Assembly: GCA_031409855.1 (NCBI GenBank)
Contig: JANNYA010000226.1
Span: 5,192 to 69,191, forward strand
Length of the DNA: 64,000 bases
From: Rhodanobacteraceae bacterium
Lineage (GTDB): Bacteria > Pseudomonadota > Gammaproteobacteria > Xanthomonadales > SZUA-5
Direction of reading: 5' to 3'
Of the stretch, positions 57,901-62,771 are shown piece after piece. The position numbers and the translations under genes were made by a program. Under the pieces are notes generated by a model. That model did no database searches. It saw nothing but the letters and a program-made list of their open reading frames with translations, and was not told the DNA's origin. Position 1 is the stretch's first letter. Each line of letters begins with the position of its first letter.

Positions 57901-58715
57901 AGCGTGCGGTAATCATCCGCTGTGCCCTGCACGCCATCTAGCCCTGCCCGGGTGAAGCGCAAAGTGGCCAAATCATCATGTTGCAGATGCCGTTGCGCCT
58001 CATCGGCGCCTGCGCCCTGCTGCATAACCGCCTCAGCATTCGCAAAGCCCAGCGCTGCCAGCACTTGCTGGCCGGCATTGGCGGCGTACAGGTGGCCTGC
58101 GGGCAAAAAGCTCAAGCTGCGCGCATACGTCGACTCATCAATAATGCTTGGCAGCAGGCCAGGATTATTGACACCCTTGCCATACCAGTGCAGGTTTTGA
58201 TCGTCACCGCGAACATCGTCACTGGAGCCGTGTAGGCCATCCACACCTGCGCCTTGGTCAAACACATTGTTCGGGCCATTCGCGCTTTTCGTGCCGTCGT
58301 TCAACGGGCTTGGCAAACCCGATTCACTGGCGTGATTCGGATGCGCCAAGCCTTGCCCGTGCAGCATTTCGTGCAGCAGCACCGATTCGAAATCATACTG
58401 GCCGCTTGGCACGTCGGTTTGCGCGCTGAGGGCTTTGGTTTGCTCAGCCAATGATCGAAAGCGATTAATGGTGGCAATCGCTTTGAGCAATGCTGGCTCT
58501 GCTGACTCAGCCAAAGCCTGATTCGCGCCTATATCCAAACACACGCGAATCGAGCTTAGCTCGCCACCGTTGCCGTCAAAGTTGTGCGGATGCGTGCGAA
58601 TATCGGGAAAGCTTTCGTCAGCCACCACATAAGCACCCGGGCTGCAAATACTCGGCAGCGCTAAGGCGACGCTCAGCAGGCTCAGTTTACAGAACTGACT
58701 GATTACGCGGCTCAT
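48981..58715 (-). CDS. Giant (3244 aa) secreted multidomain protein: N-terminal metzincin-like Zn-protease, Ig-like modules, 14 PD40/TolB-like blades, FN3, YVTN beta-propeller, lectin-like modules, C-terminal peptidase C25 (gingipain-like) domain
   Basis: A signal peptide is present. The Zn motif is HEMLHGQGLAH (58341-58373). There are five Ig-like modules, each with a conserved Cys pair. Fourteen ~57-aa repeats of the type SADGRFVAFSSLASNLVSGDTNNVVDVFVKDL span about 53990-56410. An FN3 domain (GEVRLSFIAPSDNGGAAIIGYTVTC) follows. YVTN repeats (LYVSNRNASTVSVIDTASNTVLATFGVAAAPTGLAVTPDGSKLYV) span about 52470-53500. The C25-like domain (about 48981-50030) has VDYLIVTHPLF, VLLVGGDSYDYDD, GRIPART, the catalytic His in INYLGHSSP (about 49395-49397) and Cys in SQWGCWNSYF (49293-49295). 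Confidence 0.85.
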   Translation of the reverse strand: MSRVISQFCKLSLLSVALALPSICSPGAYVVADESFPDIRTHPHNFDGNGGELSSIRVCLDIGANQALAESAEPALLKAIATINRFRSLAEQTKALSAQTDVPSGQYDFESVLLHEMLHGQGLAHPNHASESGLPSPLNDGTKSANGPNNVFDQGAGVDGLHGSSDDVRGDDQNLHWYGKGVNNPGLLPSIIDESTYARSLSFLPAGHLYAANAGQQVLAALGFANAEAVMQQGAGADEAQRHLQHDDLATLRFTRAGLDGVQGTADDYRTLLVYRGRVVNPQGVACSIAVRFDNSTGFATTSLGSFRLSTATPNHWALFEARIRFNPAVNWYMSPGPNTVTTIISDLPDSSSLLAPITVRAQVVKTAGNPIAALPKGLVEVRDGPRHEATTAFCTMTLLGTPGEIGECILTPLRTGNKTLVADYLGYGGFDGGSDSETHISTGAVEFSAINDTPDPSVNGAPITLSWTLAPPAGNPAASATGTVTVKEAVDCASAPIDPAHQCTVTLPGNSCAISFNSVGNKTLQLCYSGDGAHPAAMASTSHLVNAGRATTTSISSNLPNPSLPLAPVVVQLNVRETPDLGDFPSGAVQVLDGPASDPLTARCSVALVGTAAEVGSCTLQPLRAGTRSLTASYSASGIWAASQVSATQAVANFAIVRNMPATSRLRQGVHITVDLDVSSFLSTPAPTGTITVSDGVDQCLIVLPANQCFWSASTSGARNLIANWPGDANYAPRTSIPVVQTVLPESYPVLISNPRLGYSESNGASVNNALSLSGDGRFVVFASSASDLVLNDSNALRDIFIRDQRSGLVRRISTSAGGLQSDGASAEPVISANGRFVAFSSLASNLVSGDTNNVVDVFVKDLSDGSIVRATLKSNGNQDSTPNTGAGFDQLAPSLSADGRFVAFQTGGQLLPSDTSIHNDIYVRDLLGNTLDIVSSNSADVLGDFRSFNPVLSADGRYVAFQSQAFNFYVGDSNDTVDIFRKDRLTRAIQIVSVDAAGVGGANPTDPSFGRPAISADGRYVAFSSLNRRLVVNDVNNNYDVFLKDMNTGAIAMVSTNSTGVYGVAGSQLASMSSDARYIAFYSSANNLVPGDTNVLSDIFLKDRQTNATTRINVLANGTQTLSGLSEFPAISADGRFISYQSAATDLVANDSNAQVDIFVRDRLSVASVRASAANPGARSEGASMDASISRDGRFVSYSSASSTLINGDTNLSSDVFLTDRNDGSNIRISQSASAVAANAASDFPTVSGDGLSVVFRSTASNLVASDGNGAFDVFVKQRVTGTIDLVSSSSAGTQISSTALRAGTSISSDGNLVIFHSADSTLVAGDNNLREDVFLKNRSTNATTIISTNAAGGLGDGNNLSAQISDDASRVAFVSESTNLIASDSNGVRDIYVKTLSDGTLVRVSISTLGAQANAASDSPALSHDGRFVAFSSAASNLVAGDSNGVTDIFVRDLTLNTTTRVSTDAGGAEGLGGDCSAPSISSNGRNLGFVCAMTNLVSGDSNGLADAFVKDQVTGTIARGSMTELGTQANALSTMSARAISDTGELVFSSDSSNLIAANNDALSDVFLNRYTLSAPIATTNTIITHAPNPSPRDQAYLVQAEVLPSSGNAPTTGSMRISDGTDFCEGTMTNGTGLGQCLLTPTTVGAKTLTATFSGDLRHGASVSPAVIHTVLPIVPRAPNIGTATAGNGEVRLSFIAPSDNGGAAIIGYTVTCGASSIFSNTAPVTVTGLANGVPVSCTVIARNSVGDSVASQASNSVTPGGQTLVGPFAYVPRNNTGQMAVLDLGTNSITHSISGGAGIGAAVAPNGLRAYAIDQASNSVKVINTATKTLITSIAVGAGPWSGVVSANSTRLYVSNRNASTVSVIDTASNTVLATFGVAAAPTGLAVTPDGSKLYVGSANTTNVSVVSLPGNVVTQVNVATTSHALAISPDGSRVYFVNGQATGRLTALNTATDTIVGSASIGNTPLAVNVSSDGTRIYASNFNGLSVSQIDAASLSVLATGSTGGKALGVDIHPNGSRVYVGNNNGTMTVLETLGMTTVATINMGGEATDLVYAIGNFIARTSTPPVSRKLAVGAITLPATGAGANAATRVFFPQPFSATPIVIVQPDNTDADPKAVRLSNINASSFDVSQVEPQGCAGCTGAGGTMSVHWLAALPGSYRLPNDVAMRGLAPNVPGTGVLVKVGSVLSSASQRATTFGGFAGYPTAGWETVNFPTLAGFDFSATPVVLSTLQSWGLPNEGSNLNVPALPGIPALNGVSRIWLTTAIRNASSSGFEAALESSSSDDTGGTIPGLLNPETIGYIAIESGVSTQLAVSGGSLVGLATSASISSANVVNGSCSIIDLAFPAGTATVAANLRGFAGLMSRGEDDGGWLRRCALGNASGTNVSMTVRVDEDADLSSDRSHTTLETVGTAIFGGEFATTPVSLAFVNTTRSGTQLNVQFGSATEAGHLGYRLWGRADSTKDWRALHEDLIVNRTGDGMSAKSYQRTVEAAGITEIRLEDIDLTGVSRFHPEIKPDANGAASVGAPALDQPLNWAAIRASNAATPVRSARGTAATSVLASVRKTGIQRVSFAQMSAAGFASGVNTGEIAVIENSVPVPRFVDCLSATFGPGCSVEWLASTRPSLYGSERVYEIKHDAAAAQNVGSGAVVDGAVLARTVSAEIKQAPNREYTFSAPGNDPWFDQRLVATTAPVALTRSFSLPARTVGAVNLKVNLWGGLDYPGNTPDHSVALLLNGETIAERRFDGLSLQTITLSLSAAQLQANNTLTLRVLGDTGYAADVVLLDGFSVSYTRSTSMSDGELAFGSFSANSAGDALMRNSFESVSGFALTGINTASTIWSQVDGTIKRDQVAANAALDLRVSAAYVSDLAHLQTPALAPAAAPQIDFAPVDYLIVTHPLFEAELAPIIALQQSRGYSVKVMRTDAIYAASSAHQRSPQAIREAIAQVNPKFVLLVGGDSYDYDDNLGAGSQSYLPTFYRVASLIVRFAASDALFADANSDGIPERALGRIPARTVEELRRAISSIVQRGDTPAAKFFASAGGSNASEHFAVHSRALLSYLRQNQTVEFGLSDEIGINDARISAKAALAGGSDWINYLGHSSPNRWAAQNLLDTTQLASLQRSGLPAIVSQWGCWNSYFVMPNLDTMSHALMLRSNQLAAAVIGSTSLAEDASHLALGTRFFDLIEDGRIDDRGGVAINTLGESLQAAKADLATNAPEHMESNYSITLFGDPAMRVR

Positions 58716-59260
58716 GGCGCACTCACTTTCACAGCGTCAGCCCGCGTTTCTAAGGCCAGCAGCGCCTGCACCATCACACTCATCGCCTGCAAATCGGCGT
58801 TATCGGGCTGAACTTCGGCACCGGCGAGCACGCCGAATGCACTCTGTTTGATCGCATCCGCGCCAACGCCCGCTTCCAACACATACAAATCGGCGTCCTG
58901 CACCTGGAAAACCTCAACCCGCGCCACACTGCTGCGCGCATTTGCCGATGCCATTAACGCCGCGCGATCAATATGCCGCACCCGCTCCGGCGTGATGACT
59001 TGCCGCAACCCCGTCAGTTCGGTAGCCGTTAGCGTGACGCGAAAATCCCCGGCCGCGCGATAAAAGCTGGGCCGATGCAGCGCCACGCAGCCATTATCGT
59101 AAACCTGCAGCGTCAGCGTGCGATCCGCAACGCTGACTTGCGCTGCGGTAACACTCAACGCCAAAGTCGGCGCACCGATGGGCGTGCACGCGGCGAACGC
59201 CGACTTATACAAACCGAGCAAAATAATTGCGGATAGACAGCGGAACAGTGTTTGCGACAT
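58712..59260 (-). CDS. Hypothetical small secreted protein / probable lipoprotein; first gene of the giant-protein operon
   Basis: The signal peptide with Cys is MSQTLFRCLSAIILLGLYKSAFAAC. There is an ATGA overlap with the giant gene start (58712-58715). I recognised no family. Confidence 0.6.
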   Translation of the reverse strand: MSQTLFRCLSAIILLGLYKSAFAACTPIGAPTLALSVTAAQVSVADRTLTLQVYDNGCVALHRPSFYRAAGDFRVTLTATELTGLRQVITPERVRHIDRAALMASANARSSVARVEVFQVQDADLYVLEAGVGADAIKQSAFGVLAGAEVQPDNADLQAMSVMVQALLALETRADAVKVSAP

Positions 59261-59435
59261 GGCACAAGCCTCAATAATCCAGGCCGAAAGTTGGCCTTGA
59301 TGGGGCTTGCGTATTTTTTAGGGGGAAACTGTCAGGGGGTTGGAAAAAATATTTTCGCGGTCAGCGGGAACGCGTGCAAAATCCAGGAAACTGCGGGCCA
59401 ACAATGGATCATCGCGTGAGAAAGAAGCGAAACTG

Positions 59436-59687
59436 TCAATTCCCCAAGACTCCACGGGCGCGGCCGACTGCGGCGGTTCTGCTGAATGGTTGTAACAAGC
59501 CAGTTTCAGTCAACAGTTTTAGCTAGCGATGCAGAGAGCCAACAGAAACATCGGTCAAACGGGCGATCGCGCGCAGATAAAAATTTTCGTCAGGACGCAG
59601 CAGCAGCAATGCGAGTATCTTGCGGCGGTAGGCACCGAACAAAATCTCAATGAGCTGTGGGACTTCGGCAGTTTCAATTGATCTCAT
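59436..59687 (-). pseudogene. Small winged-helix (ArsR/MarR-like) transcriptional regulator interrupted by an in-frame TAG
   Basis: Hand translation from ATG 59687-59685 gives MRSIETAEVPQLIEILFGAYRRKILALLLLRPDENFYLRAIARLTDVSVGSLHR*LKLLTETGLLQPFSRTAAVGRARGVLGN*. The TAG (59523-59525) sits where wHTH proteins of this type normally have E or Q (..RELKRL.E.GLL..). The homology-like pattern continues in the same frame after the stop. Confidence 0.5.
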
Positions 59688-59757
59688 AATGAGAATAATC
59701 GTAGCAAAAATGAGAACAATTAGAGAGTGCGTGCAACTTTCCGCTTAACCACAATCT

Positions 59758-61050
59758 TCATTGCGCCAAACGATAGTCCACCTGCACCGATCGCGCTGGC
59801 CCGGCATTGGTGCTGGGCAAACTTAAGATTGCACGTGCTGGTGGTGATTCGCTGATCACTTTGCCTGCCCGCAAAACATGGGTGCGGGTGGCGCGTAGCC
59901 GAATCGCTTCAATCGCATTCGCAGCGTCCAAAATCACCAGATCCGCATTGCAGCCTGGCCTGATGCCGTAATTTTGCAGGCCTAAAATGCGCGCAGGGTT
60001 TTCGGTTACTGCTGCAAAACACTGCCGCATCGCCGCTTGCCCGGTCATTTGCGCCACGTGCAGGCCCATGTGCGCCACTTCCAGCATATCGCCCGAGCCT
60101 AGGCTATACCAAGGATCCATCGCGCAGTCTTGCCCAAACGCCACTTCAATCCCCATCGCTAACATCTCGGGCACACGCGTCATGCCACGCCGTTTTGGAT
60201 AGCTATCGTGGCGGCCTTGCAGCGTGATATTGATCAATGGATTGGCAATTGCGGCAACACCGGCTTCTTTGATTAAGGGCAGCAATTTGCTGACGTAATA
60301 GTTGTCCATCGAATGCATGGATGTTAGGTGCGAACCGGTCACCCTGCCCTGCATGCCTAAGCGCTGCGCCTGATATGCCAAAGTTTCGATGTGTCTGGAC
60401 ATGGGATCGTCGGACTCATCACAGTGCATATCAACGCGCAAACCGCGCTCGGCGGCGAATTCGCACAAGAGCCGAACCGATTCCGCACCTTCGGCACTGG
60501 TACGTTCAAAATGGGGAATGCCGCCAACTACATCCACGCCCAAGCTGATCGCTCGCGCCAAGTTTTCGAACGCGGTTTTGCTGCGCAAGATGCCGTCTTG
60601 CGGAAATGCGACTAGCTGTAAGTCCAGATACGGCGCGACCTGCTTTTTGACCTGCAGCAGCGCTTCGACAGCAAGCAGGCGGTCGTCACAAATATCCACA
60701 TGCGAGCGGATCGCTAACAAACCGCGCGCGACTGCCCAATCGCAATAATGCAGGGCGCGCGCAATCAGCGCGTCCTGGGTCAGCGATGGTTTCAGCTCGC
60801 CCCACAGCGCAATGCCTTCCAGCAAAGTGCCGGATTGATTCACACGCGGCAAACCGTAGCTTAAGGTCGCGTCCATATGAAAATGCGCGTCGACAAACGG
60901 TGGCGTAACCAAATTGCCAGCGGCGTCAATCTCAGCCAGCGCGGAGGCTTGAATCGCGGGCTCGACGGCAATAATGCGGCCATCCTGAATCGCAATATCA
61001 ACGCCCTCGGTGCCATCAGGCAAGTTGGCATTACGAATGATTAAATCCAT
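59758..61050 (-). CDS. codA: Cytosine deaminase-family amidohydrolase (CodA-like)
   Basis: Strongly colinear with E. coli CodA as recalled: PPFVDAHFHMD, NQSGTLLEGI, LQLVAFPQDGIL, VVGGIPHFE, VDMHCDESDD, TGSHLTSMHS, ANPLINITLQGRHDSYPKRRGMTRV, DPWYSLGSGDMLEVAHMGLHV. The HDD segment reads QDC here. Confidence 0.8.
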   Translation of the reverse strand: MDLIIRNANLPDGTEGVDIAIQDGRIIAVEPAIQASALAEIDAAGNLVTPPFVDAHFHMDATLSYGLPRVNQSGTLLEGIALWGELKPSLTQDALIARALHYCDWAVARGLLAIRSHVDICDDRLLAVEALLQVKKQVAPYLDLQLVAFPQDGILRSKTAFENLARAISLGVDVVGGIPHFERTSAEGAESVRLLCEFAAERGLRVDMHCDESDDPMSRHIETLAYQAQRLGMQGRVTGSHLTSMHSMDNYYVSKLLPLIKEAGVAAIANPLINITLQGRHDSYPKRRGMTRVPEMLAMGIEVAFGQDCAMDPWYSLGSGDMLEVAHMGLHVAQMTGQAAMRQCFAAVTENPARILGLQNYGIRPGCNADLVILDAANAIEAIRLRATRTHVLRAGKVISESPPARAILSLPSTNAGPARSVQVDYRLAQ

Positions 61051-61053
61051 CAG

Positions 61054-62307
61054 CTAAGCCGCAACCTTAGCTAAATTCAACATTGCATGCAGCAAAACAT
61101 TACAGCCCGCTTCCAGATGTTCCGGCTTGGCATCTTCGATCTCGTTGTGGCTAATGCCATCTTTGCACGGCACGAAAATCATTCCCGAAGGCGCTAAGCG
61201 CGCGGTATAGATTGCATCGTGCCCAGCGCCGGAAACCACGTCCATGTTCGAATAACCCAAGGCAGCAGTGGCACTGCGAACTGCGTCCACACAATCAACA
61301 TGAAACGGACAGGGCGGATAGTAAGAAACGCGCTCAATGGTAATTTTCAGGCCGCTTTCAAGCGCCGTTTTTTCAACAAAGGCCAAAATGGCTTCATGCA
61401 TCGTGGATAAAAGTTCGCTATTGATATTGCGTAGGTCAATACTAAATTTGACCTCGCCCGGAATCACGTTGCGGCTGTTCGGAAACACCTGCACCATGCC
61501 CACCGTGCCACGGCCATAGGGCGGATAGCGATTTCCGATGTGCACGACTTCCTGCATGATTTTGGTCGCCACCTGCAGCGCATCTTTACGCAAATGCATG
61601 GGCGTTGGCCCGGCGTGCGCCTCCATACCCGTGACTACACAGTCGTACCAGGAAAGCCCCATAACCGCCGGTACGACGCCAATCACTTTATCGGCATCTT
61701 CCAACACCGGCCCCTGTTCGATATGGGTTTCAAAATACGCGCCGATCGGGTGCTGACCCGGCACTTGCGTGCCTAGATAACCTATGCGGGTCAGTTCGTC
61801 CTTGACCGTTTTACCGTCCACATCTTTCGCCGCATACGCATGTTCAAGGCTAAACGCGCCGCAAAAAACTCCAGAGCCCATCATCACCGGCACAAAGCGG
61901 CTGCCCTCTTCATTGGTCCAAAACGCCACTTCAATCGGCGCCTGCGTCTGAATTTGATGCTCGTTGAGCGTGCGCACCACTTCTAAGGCCGCCAACACGC
62001 CGTAATTGCCGTCAAACTTACCGCCGGTCGGCTGAGTATCAATATGGCTGCCGGAAACGATCGGCGGCAAATTCGGATCGCAGCCTTCGCGGCGCATAAA
62101 GACGTTGCCAATCTGATCGACGGTGATGCTTAAGCCCGCCTCTTTCCCCCATTGCAGCACCAAATCCCGCCCCTGTTTATCCAAATCCGTCAACGCCAGC
62201 CGTTTGACTCCACCCTTCGGCGTGGCACCAATTTGCGCCAGAGTCATTAAAGAACCCCAAAGTCGGGAGCCGCTGATGCGCAGATTTTGAGGTTTCACGG
62301 AGTTCAT
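61054..62307 (-). CDS. M20-family Zn-dependent amidase (allantoate amidohydrolase / N-carbamoyl-L-amino-acid or beta-ureidopropionase type)
   Basis: LWGSLMTLAQIGATPKGGVKRLALTD, SGSHIDTQPTGGKFDGNYGVLAALEV, FWTNEEGSRF and SGAGHDA are hallmarks of the AmaB/AllC group. The start is set at ATG 62307 (MNSVKPQNLRISGSRLW). The track ORF adds 64 unsupported codons. Confidence 0.85.
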   Translation of the reverse strand: MNSVKPQNLRISGSRLWGSLMTLAQIGATPKGGVKRLALTDLDKQGRDLVLQWGKEAGLSITVDQIGNVFMRREGCDPNLPPIVSGSHIDTQPTGGKFDGNYGVLAALEVVRTLNEHQIQTQAPIEVAFWTNEEGSRFVPVMMGSGVFCGAFSLEHAYAAKDVDGKTVKDELTRIGYLGTQVPGQHPIGAYFETHIEQGPVLEDADKVIGVVPAVMGLSWYDCVVTGMEAHAGPTPMHLRKDALQVATKIMQEVVHIGNRYPPYGRGTVGMVQVFPNSRNVIPGEVKFSIDLRNINSELLSTMHEAILAFVEKTALESGLKITIERVSYYPPCPFHVDCVDAVRSATAALGYSNMDVVSGAGHDAIYTARLAPSGMIFVPCKDGISHNEIEDAKPEHLEAGCNVLLHAMLNLAKVAA

Positions 62308-62670
62308 TGGACTTTGGCTCAGCTGATGGGGTGGGTAGATGTTTGATCTTAATCGCAAAACACACCGAATGAGCGCATTGAAACTTCGCCTGATTTGATG
62401 GCTAGACTTTGCATGCAGTTGAAATAACTGTGGAGTTTGCCCTCCCCCGGAATCAGAGGGTTTTGCCCTGAGTACGGGCACGCTATCGTTTGCCAACATC
62501 TATGCTCACGGAGCAAATTCAACCCGCAACTTGAAGAGGGCGAGCTACGCGACATCCCGATTACCGGAGCCTGCATGACGTTCATTGATGACATTTTCTG
62601 CAATGGCTATGAGGGTGCGCCATAGCGGTGTCTACCCTTTGGCCTACAACGCCCCATTTCGCTATTAATC

Positions 62671-62710
62671 AAGCCAGTTCTACATAAATTTCGGGTTACT
62701 GGCTTTTTCC
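62671..62710 (+). terminator. Terminator-like hairpin with an 8-bp stem (AAGCCAGT / ACTGGCTT) followed by a T-run, in a long intergenic region
   Basis: Read directly. The stem is 62671-62678 with 62698-62705, and the loop is 19 nt. The sequence GGCTTTTTCC follows. No + strand gene lies upstream to terminate. Confidence 0.25.
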
Positions 62711-62771
62711 GTGGCACTTAGGCGAACATCACTTTATTATGACGCATCTTTTACGCGCTTGAGACTGCCTT

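Noticed and set aside
62349-62625. The 62-aa (+) and 84-aa (-) ORFs in the long intergenic gap, considered as genes
   Set aside because: They have no RBS or motif and are Cys/Ser/Gly-rich with odd composition. They overlap each other on opposite strands. I keep the region as an unexplained non-coding finding instead.
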